Source: the human T2T-CHM13v2.0 reference genome, Homo sapiens. Taken from it: a DNA stretch of 64,000 bases. This document shows, piece by piece, positions 41,860 through 56,600 of the stretch; positions within the stretch are counted from its first letter, which is position 1; every line of letters starts with the position of its first letter. A program made the position numbers and the translations under genes. The notes below the pieces were generated by a model. It ran no database searches. It was not told the origin of the DNA and worked only from the letters and a program-made list of their open reading frames with translations. The stretch lies in the NCBI RefSeq assembly GCF_009914755.1, contig NC_060925.1. One strand, written 5' to 3'.

Positions 41860-44800
41860 ATGGAATCATCATCGAATGAATTGAATGCAATCATCGAATG
41901 GTCTCGAATGGAATCATCTTCTAATGGAAAGGAATGGAATCATCGCATAGAATCGAATGGAATTATCATCGAATGGAATCGAATGGTATCAACACCAAAC
42001 GGAAAAAAACGGAATTATCGAATGGAATCGAAGAGAATCTTCGAACGGACCCGAATGGAATCATCTAATGGAATGGAATGGAATAATCCATGGACTCGAA
42101 TGCAATCATCATCGAATGGAATCGAATGGAATCATCGAATGGACTCGAATGGAATAATCATTGAACGGAATCGAATGGAATCATCATCGGATGGAAATGA
42201 AAGGAGTCATCATCTAATGGAATTGCATGGAATCATCATAAAATGGAATCGAATGGAATCAACATCAAATGGAATCAAATGGAATCATTGAACGGAATTG
42301 AATGGAATCGTCATCGAATGAATTGAAAGCAATCATCGAATGGTCTCGAATGGAATCATCTTCAAATGGAATGGAATGGAATCATCGCATAGAATCGAAT
42401 GGAATTATCATCGAATGGAATCGAATGGAATCAACATCAAACGGAAAAAAACGGAATTATCGAATGGAATCGAAGAGAATCATCGAATGGACCCGAATGG
42501 AATCATCTAATGGAATGGAATGGAATAATCCATGGACTCGAATGCAATCATCATCGAATGGAATCGAATGGAATCATCGAATGGACTCGAATGGAATAAT
42601 CATTGAACGGAATAGAATGGAATCATCATCGGATGGAAATGAATGGAATCATCATCGAATGGAATCGAATAGAATTATGGAATGAAATCCAGTGTGATCA
42701 TCATCGAATGGACCCGAATGGAATCATCATCCAACGGAAGCTAATGGAATCAACATCGAATGAATCAAATGGAAACACCATCGAATTGAAACGAATGGAA
42801 TTACCATGAAATTGAAATGGATGGACTCATCATCGAATGGATTCGAATGGAATCATCGAATAAAATTGATTGAAATCATCATCGAATGGAATCGAATGGT
42901 ATCATTGAATGGAATCGAATGGAATCATCATCAGATGGAAATGAATGGAATCGTCATAGAATGGAATCGAATGGATTAATTGAATGGAATCAGATGGAAT
43001 CATCGAATGGACTGGAATGGAATCATTGAATGGACTCGAAAGGGATCATTATTGAATGGAATTGAATGGAATCATCGAATGGTCTCGATTGGAATCATTA
43101 TCAAATGGAATCGAATGGAATCACCGAATAGAATCGAATGGAACAATCATCGAATGGACACAAATGGAATTATCCTCAAATGGAATCGAATGGAATTATC
43201 GAATGCAATCGAATGGAATTATCGAATGCAATCGAATAGAATCATCGAATGGACTCGAATGGAATCATCGAATGGATTGGAATGGAACAGTCAATGAACT
43301 CGAATGGAATCATCATTGAATGGAATCGAATGGAATCATCGAGTGGAATCGAACGTAATCATCATCAAATGGAATCAAAAATAACCATCATCAAATGGAA
43401 TCAAAAATAACCATCATCAATTGATATTGAATGGAATTCTCATCAAATGGAATTCAAAGGAATCATCATCAAATGGAACCGAATGGAATCCTCATTGAAT
43501 GGAAATGAAAGGGGTTATCATCTAATGGAATCGCATGGAATCATCATAAAATGGAATCGAATGGAATCAACATCAAATGGAATCAAATGGAATCATTGAA
43601 CGGAATTGAATGGAATCGTCATCGAATGAATTGAATGCAATCATCGAATGGTCTCGAATGGAATCATCTTCAAATGGAATGGAATGGAATCATCACATAG
43701 AATCGAATGGAATTATCATCGAATGGAATCGAATGGAATCAACATCAAACGGAAAAAAACGGAATTATCGAATGCAATCGAAGAGAATCATCGAATGGAC
43801 CCGAATGGAATCATCTAATGGAATGGAATGGAATAATCCATGGACTCGAATGCAATCATCATCGAATGGAATCGAATGGAATCATCGAATGGACTCGAAT
43901 GGAATAATCATTGAACGGAATCGAATGGAATCATCATCGGATGGAAACGAATGGAATCATCATCGAATGGAATCAAATAGAATTATGGAATGAAATCCAC
44001 TGTGATCATCATCGAATGGACCCGAATGGAATCATCATCCAACGGAAGCTAATGGAATCAACATCGAATGAATCACATGGAAACACCATCGAATTGAAAC
44101 GAATGGAATTACCATGAAATTGAAATGGATGGACTCATCATCAAATGGATTCGAATGGATTCATCAAATAAAATTGATTGAAATCATCATCGAATGGAAT
44201 CGAATGGTATCATTGAATGGAATCGAATGGAATCATCATCAGATGGAAATGAATGGAATCGTTATAGAATGGAATCGAATGGATTCATTGAATAGAATCA
44301 GATGGAATCATTGAATGGACTGGAATGGAATCATTGAATGGACTCGAAAGGGATCATTATTGAATGGAATTGAATGGAATCATCGAATGGTCTCGATTGG
44401 AATCATTATCAAATGGAATCGAATGGAATCACCGAATAGAATCGAATGGAACAATCATCGAATGGACTCAAATGGAATTATCCTCCAATGGAATCGAATG
44501 GAATTATCGAATGCAATCGAATGGAATTATCGAATGCAATCGAATAGAATCATCGAATGGACTCGAATGGAATCATCGAATGGAATGGAATGGAACAGTC
44601 AATGAACTCGAATGGAATCATCATTGAATGGAATCGAATGGAATCATCGAGTGGAATCGAAAGGAATTATGACCAAATGGAATCGAATGTAATCATCATC
44701 AAATGGAATCAAAAATAACCATCATCAATTGGTATTGAATGGAATTGTCATCAAATGGAATTCAAAGGAATCATCATCAAATGGAACCGAATGGAATCCT

Positions 44801-47160
44801 CATTGAATGGAAATGAAAGGGGTCATCATCTAATGGAATCGCATGGAATCATCATCAAATGGAATCGAATGGAATCATCATCAAATGGAATCAAATGGAA
44901 TCATTGAACAGAATTGAATGGAACGGTCATCGAATGAGTTGAATGCAATCATCGAATGGTCTCGAATGGAATCATCTTCTAATGGAAAGGAATGGAATCA
45001 TCGCATAGAATCGAATGGAATTATCATCGAATGGAATCGAATGGTATCAACACCAAACGGAAAAAAACGGAATTATCGAATGGAATCGAAGAGAATCTTC
45101 GAACGGACCCGAATGGAATCATCTAATGGAATGGAATGGAATAATCCATGGACTCGAATGCAATCATCATCGAATGGAATCGAATGGAATCATCGAATGG
45201 ACTCGAATGGAATAATCATTGAACGGAATCGAATGGAATCATCATCGGATGGAAACGAATGGAATCATCATCGAATGGAAATGAAAGGAGTCATCATCTA
45301 ATGGAATTGCATGGAATCATCATAAAATGGAATCGAATGGAATCAACATCAAATGGAATCAAATGGAATCATTGAACGGAATTGAATGGAATCGTCATCG
45401 AATGAATTGACTGCAATCATCCAATGGTCGCGAATGGAATCATCTTCAAATGGAATGGAATGGAATCATCGCATAGAATCGAATGGAATTATCATCGAAT
45501 GGAATCGAATGGAATCAACATCAAACGGAAAAAAACGGAATTATCGAATGGAATCGAAGAGAATCATCGAATGGACCCGAATGGAATCATCTAATGGAAT
45601 GGAATGGAATAATCCATGGACTCGAATGCAATCATCATCGAATGGAATCGAATGGAATCATCGAATGGACTCGAATGGAATAATCATTGAACGGAATCGA
45701 ATGGAATCATCATCGGATGGAAACGAATGGAATCATCATCGAATGGAAATGAAAGGAGTCATCATCTAATGGAATTGCATGGAATCATCATAAAATGGAA
45801 TCGAATGGAATCATCATCAAATGGAATCAAATGGAATCATTGAACGGAATTGAATGGAATCGTCATCGAATGAATTGAATGCAATCATCGAATGGTCTCG
45901 AATGGAATCATCTTCACATGGAATGGAATGGAATCATCGCATAGAATCGAATGGAATTATCATCGAATGGAATCGAATGGTATCAACATCAAACGGAAAA
46001 AAACGGAATTATCGAATGGAATCAAAGAGAATCTTCGAACGGACCCGAATGGAATCATCTAATGGAATGGAATGGAATAATCCATGGACTCGAATGCAAT
46101 CATCATCGAATGGAATCGAATGGAATCATTGAAAGGACTCGAATGGAATAATCATTGAACGGAATCGAATGGAATCATCATCGGATGGAAATGAATGGAA
46201 TCATCATCGAATGGAATCGAATAGAATTATGGAATGAAATCCAGTGTGATCATCATCGAATGGACCCGAATGGAATCATCATCCAACGGAAGCTAATGGA
46301 ATCAACATCCAATGAATCGAATGGAAACACCATCGAATTGAAACGAATGGAATTATCATGAAATTGAAATGGATGGACTCATCATCGAATGGATTCGAAT
46401 GGAATCATCGAATAAAATTGATTGAAATCATCATCGAATGGAATCGAATGGTATCATTGAATGGAATCGAATGGAATCATCATCAGATGGAAATGAATGG
46501 AATCGTCATAGAATGGAATCGAATGGATTCATTGAATGGAATCAGATGGAATCATCGAATGGACTGGAATGGAATCATTGAATGGACTCGAAAGGGATCA
46601 TTATTGAATGGAATTGAATGGAATCATCGAATGGTCTCGATTGGAATCATTATCAAATGGAATCGAATGGAATCACCGAATAGAATCGAATGGAACAATC
46701 ATCGAATGGACTCAAATGGAATTATCCTCAAATAGAATCGAATGGAATTATCGAATGCAATCGAATGGAATTATCGAATGCAATCGAAAAGAATCATCGA
46801 ATGGACTCGAATGGAATCATCGAATGGAATGGAATGGAACAGTCAATAAACTCGAATGGAATCATCATTGAATGGAATCGAATGGAATCATCGAGTGGAA
46901 TCGAATGGAATTATGATCAAATGGAATCGAATGTAATCATCATCAAATGGAATCAAAAATAACCATCATCAATTGGTATTGAATGGAATTGTCATCAAAT
47001 GGAATTCAAAGGAATCATCATCAAATGGAACCGAATGGAATCCTCATTGAATGGAAATGAAAGGGGTCATCATCTAATGGAATCGCATGGAATCATCATC
47101 AAACGGAATCGAATGGAATCATCATCAAATGGAATCGAATGGAATCATTGAAAGAATTGA
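41860..47160 (+). repeat. 5,301-bp derivative of the 7,545-bp HOR (2,244 bp deleted)
   Basis: Starts 42302, 43610, 44918, 45386, 45854 and 47161 correspond to 37001, 38309, 39617, 40085, 40553 and 41860 at an offset of 5,301, with largely the same diagnostic SNPs. Confidence 0.9.
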
Positions 47161-47628
47161 ATGGAATCATCATCGAATGAATTGAATGCAATCATCGAAT
47201 GGTCTCGAATGGAATCATCTTCTAATGGAAAGGAATGGAATCATCGCATAGAATCGAATGGAATTATCATCGAATGGAATCGAATGGTATCAACACCAAA
47301 CGGAAAAAAACGGAATTATCGAATGGAATCGAAGAGAATCTTCGAACGGACCCGAATGGAATCATCTAATGGAATGGAATGGAATAATCCATGGAGTCGA
47401 ATGCAATCATCATCGAATGGAATCGAATGGAATCATCGAATGGACTCGAATGGAATAATCATTGAACGGAATCGAATGGAATCATCATCGGATGGAAACG
47501 AATGGAATCATCATCGAATGGAAATGAAAGGAGTCATCATCTAATGGAATTGCATGGAATCATCATAAAATGGAATCGAATGGAATCAACATCAAATGGA
47601 ATCAAATGGAATCATTGAACGGAATTGA

Positions 47629-50600
47629 ATGGAATCGTCATCGAATGAATTGAATGCAATCATCGAATGGTCTCGAATGGAATCATCTTCAAATGGAATG
47701 GAATGGAATCATCGCATAGAATCGAATGGAATTATCATCGAATGGAATCGAATGGAATCAACATCAAACGGAAAAAAACGGAATTATCGAATGGAATCGA
47801 AGAGAATCATCGAATGGACCCGAATGGAATCATCTAATGGAATGGAATGGAATAATCCATGGACTCGAATGCAATCATCATCGAATGGAATCGAATGGAA
47901 TCATCGAATGGACTCGAATGGAATAATCATTGAACGGAATCGAATGGAATCATCATCGGATGGAAATGAATGGAATCATCATCGAATGGAATCGAATAGA
48001 ATTATGGAATGAAATCCAGTGTGATCATCATCGAATGGACCCGAATGGAATCATCATCCAACGGAAGCTAATGGAATCAACATCGAATGAATCAAATGGA
48101 AACACCATCGAATTGAAACGAATGGAATTACCATGAAATTGAAATGGATGGACTCATCCTCAAATGGATTCGAGTGGAATCATCAAATAAAATTGATTGA
48201 AATCATCATCGAATGGAATCGAATGGTATCATTGAATGGAATCGAATGGAATCATCATCAGATGGAAATGAAAGGAATCGTCATAGAATGGAATCGAATG
48301 GATTCATTGAATGGAATCAGATGGAATCATTGAATGGACTGGAATGGAATCATTGAATGGACTCGAAAGGGATCATTATTGAATGGAATTGAATGGAATC
48401 ATCGAATGGTCTCGATTGGAATCATTATCAAATGGAATCGAATGGAATCACCAAATAGAATCGAATGGAACAATCATCGAATGGACTCAAATGGAATTAT
48501 CCTCAAATGGAATTGAATGGAATTATCGAATGCAATCGAATGGAATTATCGAATGCAATCGAATAGAATCATCGAATGGACTCGAATGGAATCATCGAAT
48601 TTAATGGAATGGAACAGTCAATGAACTCGAATGGAATCATCATTGAATGGAATCGAATGGAATCATCGAGTGGAATCGAATGTAATCATCATCAAATGGA
48701 ATCAAAAATAACCATCATCAAATGGAATCAAAAATAACCATCATCAATTGGTATTGAATGGAATTCTCATCAAATGGAATTCAAAGGAATCATCATCAAA
48801 TGGAACCGAATGGAATCCTCATTGAATGGAAATGAAAGGGGTCATCATCTAATGGAATCGCATGGAATCATCATCAAATGGAATCGAATGGAATCAACAT
48901 CAAATGGAATCAAATGGAATCATTGAACGGAATTGAATGGAATCGTCATCGAATGAATTGAATGCAATCATCGAATGGTCTCGAATGGAATCATCTTCAA
49001 ATGGAATGGAATGGAATCATCGCATAGAATCGAATGGAATTTTCATCGAATGGAATCGAATGGAATCAACATCAAACGGAAAAAAACGGAATTATCGAAT
49101 GGAATCGAAGAGAATCATCGAATGGACCCGAATGGAATCATCTAATGGAATGGAATGGAATAATCCATGGACTCGAATGCAATCATCATCGAATGGAATC
49201 GAATGGAATCATCGAATGGACTCGAATGGAATAATCATTGAACGGAATCGAATGGAATCATCATCGGATGGAAATGAATGGAATCATCATCGAATGGAAT
49301 CGAATAGAATTATGGAATGAAATCCAGTGTGATCATCATCGAATGGACCCGAATGGAATCATCATCCAACGGAAGCTAATGGAATCAACATCGAATGAAT
49401 CAAATGGAAACACCATCGAATTGAAACGAATGGAATTACCATGAAATTGAAATGGATGGACTCATCCTCAAATGGATTCGAGTGGAATCATCGAATAAAA
49501 TTGATTGAAATCATCATCGAATGGAATCGAATGGTATCATTGAATGGAATCGAATGGAATCATCATCAGATGGAAATGAAAGGAATCGTCATAGAATGGA
49601 ATCGAATGGATTCATTGAATGGAATCAGATGGAATCATTGAATGGACTGGAATGGAATCATTGAATGGACTCGAAAGGGATCATGATTGAATGGAATTGA
49701 ATGGAATCATCGAATGGTCTCGATTGGAATCATTATCAAATGGAATCGAATGGAATCACCGAATAGAATCGAATGGAACAATCATCGAATGGACTCAAAT
49801 GGAATTATCCTCAAATGGAATTGAATGGAATTATCGAATGCAATCGAATGGAATTATCGAATGCAATCGAATAGAATCATCGAATGGACTCGAATGGAAT
49901 CATCGAATGGAATGGAATGGAACAGTCAATGAACTCGAATGGAATCATCATTGAATGGAATCGAATGGAATCATCGAGTGGAATCGAATGTAATCATCAT
50001 CAAATGGAATCAAAAATAACCATCATCAAATGGAATCAAAAATAACCATCATCAATTGCTATTGAATGGAATTCTCATCAAATGGAATTCAAAGGAATCA
50101 TCATCAAATGGAACCGAATGGAATCCTCATTGAATGGAAATGAAAGGGGTCTTCATCTAATGGAATCGCATGGAATCATCATAAAATGGAATCGAATGGA
50201 ATCAACATCAAATGGAATCAAATGGAATAATTGAACGGAATTGAATGGAATCGTCATCGAATGAATTGAATGCAATCATCGAATGGTCTCGAATGGAATC
50301 ATCTTCAAATGGAATGGAATGGAATCATCGCATAGAATCGAAAGGAATTATCATCGAATGGAATCGAATGGAATCAACAGCAAACGGAAAAAAACGGAAT
50401 TATCGAATGGAATCGAAGAGAATCATCGAATGGACCCGAATGGAATCATCTAATGGAATGGAATGGAATAATCCATGGACTCGAATGCAATCATCATCGA
50501 ATGGAATCGAATGGAATCATCCAATGGACTCGAATGGAATAATCATTGAACGGAATCGAATGGAATCATCATCGGATGGAAATGAATGGAATCATCATCG

Positions 50601-53600
50601 AATGGAATCGAATAGAATTATGGAATGAAATCCAGTGTGATCATCATCGAATTGACCCGAATGGAATCATCATCCAACAGATGCTAATGGAATCAACATC
50701 GAATGAATCAAATGGAAACACCATCGAATTGAAACGAATGGAATTACCATGAAATTGAAATGGATGGACTCATCATCGAATGGATTCGAAAGGAATCATC
50801 GAATAAAATTGATTGAAATCATCATCGAATGGAATCGAATGGTATCATTGAATGGAATCGAATGGAATCATCATCAGATGGAAATGAATGGAATCGTCAT
50901 AGAATGGAATCGAATGGATTCATTGAATGGAATCAGATGGAATCATCGAATGGACTGGAATGGAATCATTGAATGGACTCGAAAGGGATCATTATTGAAT
51001 GGAATTGAATGGAATCATCGAATGGTCTCGATTGGAATCATTATAAAATGGAATCGAATGGAATCACCGAATAGAATCGAATGGAACAATCATCGAATGG
51101 ACTCAAATGGAATTATCCTCAAATGGAATTGAATGGAATTATCGAATGCAATCGAATGGAATTATCGAATGCAATCGAATAGAATCATCGAATGGACTCG
51201 AATGGAATCATCGAATGGAATGGAATGGAACAGTCAATGAACTCGAATGGAATCATCATTGAATGGAATCGAATGGAATCATCGAGTGGAATCGAATGTA
51301 ATCATCATCAAATGGAATCAAAAATAACCATCATCAAATGGAATCAAAAATAACCATCATCAATTGGTATTGAATGGAATTCTCATCAAATGGAATTCAA
51401 AGGAATCATCATCAAATGGAACCGAATGGAATCCTCATTGAATGGAAATGAAAGGGGTCATCATCTAATGGAATCGCATGGAATCATCATCAAATGGAAT
51501 CGAATGGAATCAACATCAAATGGAATCAAATGGAATCATTGAACGGAATTGAATGGAATCGTCATTGAATGAATTGAATACAATCATCGAATGGTCTCGA
51601 ATGGAATCATCTTCAAATGGAATGGAATGGAATCATCGCATAGAATCGAATGGAATTTTCATCGAATGGAATCGAATGGAATCAACATCAAACGGAAAAA
51701 AACGGAATTATCGAATGGAATCGAAGATAATCACCGAATGGACCCGAATGGAATCATCTAATGGAATGGAATGGAATAATCCATGGACTCGAATGCAATC
51801 ATCATCGAATGGAATCGAATGGAATCATCGAATGGACTCGAATGGAATAATCATTGAACGGAATCGAATGGAATCATCATCGGATGGAAATGAATGGAAT
51901 CATCATCGAATGGAATCGAATAGAATTATGGAATGAAATCCAGTGTGATCATCATCGAATGGACCCGAATGGAATCATCATCCAACGGAAGCTAATGGAA
52001 TCAACATCGAATGAATCAAATGGAAACACCATCGAATTGAAACCAATGGAATTACCATGAAATTGAAATGGATGGACTCATCCTCAAATGGATTCGAGTG
52101 GAATCATCGAATAAAATTGATTGAAATCATCATCGAATGGAATCGAATGGTATCATTGAATGGAATCGAATGGAATCATCATCAGATGGAAATGAAAGGA
52201 ATCGTCATAGAATGGAATCGAATGGATTCATTGAATGGAATCAGATGGAATCATTGAATGGACTGGAATGGAATCATTGAATGGACTCGAAAGGGATCAT
52301 TATTGAATGGAATTGAATGGAATCATCGAATGGTCTCGATTGGAATCATTATCAAATGGAATCGAATGGAATCACCAAATAGAATCGAATGGAACAATCA
52401 TCGAATGGACTCAAATGGAATAATCCTCAAATGGAATTGAATGGAATTATCGAATGCAATCGAATGGAATTATCGAATGCAATCGAATAGAATCATCGAA
52501 TGGACTCGAATGGAATCATCGAATGGAATGGAATGGAACAGTCAATGAACTCGAATGGAATCATCATTGAATGGAATCGAATGGAATCATCGAGTGGAAT
52601 CGAATGTAATCATCATCAAATGGAATCAAAAATAACCATCATCAAATGGAATCAAAAATAACCATCATCAATTGGTATTGAATGGAATTCTCATCAAATG
52701 GAATTCAAAGGAATCATCATCAAATGGAACCGAATGGAATCCTCATTGAATGGAAATGAAAGGGGTCATCATCTAATGGAATCGCATGGAATCATCATCA
52801 AATGGAATCGAATGGAATCAACATCAAATGGAATCAAATGGAATCATTGAACGGAATTGAATGGAATCGTCATCGAATGAATTGAATGCAATCATCGAAT
52901 GGTCTCGAATGGAATCATCTTCAAATGGAATGGAATGGAATCATCGCATAGAATCGAATGGAATTTTCATCGAATGGAATCGAATGGAATCAACATCAAA
53001 CGGAAAAAAACGGAATTATCGAATGGAATCGAAGAGAATCACCGAAAGAACCCGAATGGAATCATCTAATGGAATGGAATGGAATAATCCATGGACTCGA
53101 ATGCAATCATCATCGAATGGAATCGAATGGAATCATCGAATGGACTCGAATGGAATAATCATTGAACGGAATCGAATGGAATCATCATCGGATGGAAATG
53201 AATGGAATCATCATCGAATGGAATCGAATAGAATTATGGAATGAAATCCAGTGTGATCATCATCGAATGGACCCGAATGGAATCATCATCCAACGGAAGC
53301 TAATGGAATCAACATCGAATGAATCAAATGGAAACACCATCGAATTGAAACGAATGGAATTACCATGAAATTGAAATGGATGGACTCATCCTCAAATGGA
53401 TTCGAGTGGAATCATCGAATAAAATTGATTGAAATCATCATCGAATGGAATCGAATGGTATCATTGAATGGAATCGAATGGAATCATCATCAGATGGAAA
53501 TGAAAGGAATCGTCATAGAATGGAATCGAATGGATTCATTGAATGGAATCAGATGGAATCATTGAATGGACTGGAATGGAATCATTGAATGGACTCGAAA

Positions 53601-56600
53601 GGGATCATTATTGAATGGAATTGAATGGAATCATCGAATGGTCTCGATTGGAATCATTATCAAATGGAATCGAATGGAATCACCGAATAGAATCGAATGG
53701 AACAATCATCGAATGGACTCAAATGGAATTATCCTCAAATGGAATTGAATGGAATTATCGAATGCAATCGAATGGAATTATCGAATGCAATCGAATAGAA
53801 TCATCGAATGGACTCGAATGGAATCATCGAATGGAATGGAATGGAACAGTCAATGAACTCGAATGGAATCATCATTGAATGGAATCGAATGGAATCATCG
53901 AGTGGAATCGAATGTAATCATCATCAAATGGAATCAAAAATAACCATCATCAAATGGAATCAAAAATAACCATCATCAATTGGTATTGAATGGAATTCTC
54001 ATCAAATGGAATTCAAAGGAATCATCATCAAATGGAACCGAATGGAATCCTCATTGAATGGAAATGAAAGGGGTCATCATCTAATGGAATCGCATGGAAT
54101 CATCATAAAATGGAATCGAATGGAATCAACATCAAATGGAATCAAATGGAATCATTGAACGGAATTGAATGGAATCGTCATCGAATGAATTGAATGCAAT
54201 CATCGAATGGTCTCGAATGGAATCATCTTCAAATGGAATGGAATGGAATCATCGCATAGAATCGAAAGGAATTATCATCGAATGGAATCGAATGGAATCA
54301 ACACCAAACGGAAAAAAACGGAATTATCGAATGGAATCGAAGAGAATCATCGAATGGACCCGAATGGAATCATCTAATGGAATGGAATGGAATAATCCAT
54401 GGACTCGAATGCAATCATCATCGAATGGAATCGAATGGAATCATCGAATGGACTCGAATGGAATAATCATTGAACGGAATCGAATGGAATCATCATCGGA
54501 TGGAAATGAATGGAATCATCATCGAATGGAATCGAATAGAATTATGGAATGAAATCCAGTGTGATCATCATCGAATGGACCCGAATGGAATCATCATCCA
54601 ACGGATGCTAATGGAATCAACATCGAATGAATCAAATGGAAACACCATCGAATTGAAACGAATGGAATTACCATGAAATTGAAATGGATGGACTCATCAT
54701 CGAATGGATTCGAAAGGAATCATCGAATAAAATTGATTGAAATCATCATCGAATGGAATCGAATGGTATCATTGAATGGAATCGAATGGAATCATCATCA
54801 GATGGAAATGAATGGAATCGTCATAGAATGGAATCGAATGGATTCATTGAATGGAATCAGATGGAATCATTGAATGGACTGGAATGGAATCATTGAATGG
54901 ACTCGAAAGGGATCATTATTGAATGGAATTGAATGGAATCATCGAATGGTCTCGATTGGAATCATTATCAAATGGAATCGAATGGAATCACCGAATAGAA
55001 TCGAATGGAACAATCATCGAATGGACTCAAATGGAATTATCCTCAAATGGAATTGAATGGAATTATCGAATGCAATCGAATGGAATTATCGAATGCAATC
55101 GAATAGAATCATCGAATGGACTCGAATGGAATCATCGAATGGAATGGAATGGAACAGTCAATGAACTCGAATGGAATCATCATTGAATGGAATCGAATGG
55201 AATCATCGAGTGGAATCGAATGTAATCATCATCAAATGGAATCAAAAATAACCATCATCAAATGGAATCAAAAATAACCATCATCAATTGGTATTGAATG
55301 GAATTCTCATCAAATGGAATTCAAAGGAATCATCATCAAATGGAACCGAATGGAATCCTCATTGAATGGAAATGAAAGGGGTCATCATCTAATGGAATCG
55401 CATGGAATCATCATCAAATGGAATCGAATGGAATCAACATCAAATGGAATCAAATGGAATCATTGAACGGAATTGAATGGAATCGTCATCGAATGAATTG
55501 AATGCAATCATCGAATGGTCTCGAATGGAATCATCTTCAAATGGAATGGAATGGAATCATCGCATAGAATCGAATGGAATTTTCATCGAATGGAATCGAA
55601 TGGAATCAACATCAAAAGGAAAAAAACGGAATTATCGAATGGAATCGAAGAGAATCACCGAATGGACCCGAATGGAATCATCTAATGGAATGGAATGGAA
55701 TAATCCATGGAATCGAATGCAATCATCATCGAATGGAATCGAATGGAATCATCGAATGGACTCGAATGGAATAATCATTGAACGGAATCGAATGGAATCA
55801 TCATCGGATGGAAATGAATGGAATCATCATCGAATGGAATCGAATAGAATTATGGAATGAAATCCAGTGTGATCATCATCGAATGGACCCGAATGGAATC
55901 ATCATCCAACGGAAGCTAATGGAATCAACATCGAATGAATCAAATGGAAACACCATCGAATTGAAACGAATGGAATTACCATGAAATTGAAATGGATGGA
56001 CTCATCCTCAAATGGATTCGAGTGGAATCATCGAATAAAATTGATTGAAATCATCATCGAATGGAATCGAATGGTATCATTGAATGGAATCGAATGGAAT
56101 CATCATCAGATGGAAATGAAAGGAATCGTCATAGAATGGAATCGAATGGATTCATTGAATGGAATCAGATGGAATCATTGAATGGACTGGAATGGAATCA
56201 TTGAATGGACTCGAAAGGGATCATTATTGAATGGAATTGAATGGAATCATCGAATGGTCTCGATTGGAATCATTATCAAATGGAATCGAATGGAATCACC
56301 GAATAGAATCGAATGGAACAATCATCGAATGGACTCAAATGGAATTATCCTCAAATGGAATTGAATGGAATTATCGAATGCAATCGAATGGAATTATCGA
56401 ATGCAATCGAATAGAATCATCGAATGGACTCGAATGGAATCATCGAATGGAATGGAATGGAACAGTCAATGAACTCGAATGGAATCATCATTGAATGGAA
56501 TCGAATGGAATCATCGAGTGGAATCGAATGTAATCATCATCAAATGGAATCAAAAATAACCATCATCAAATGGAATCAAAAATAACCATCATCAATTGGT

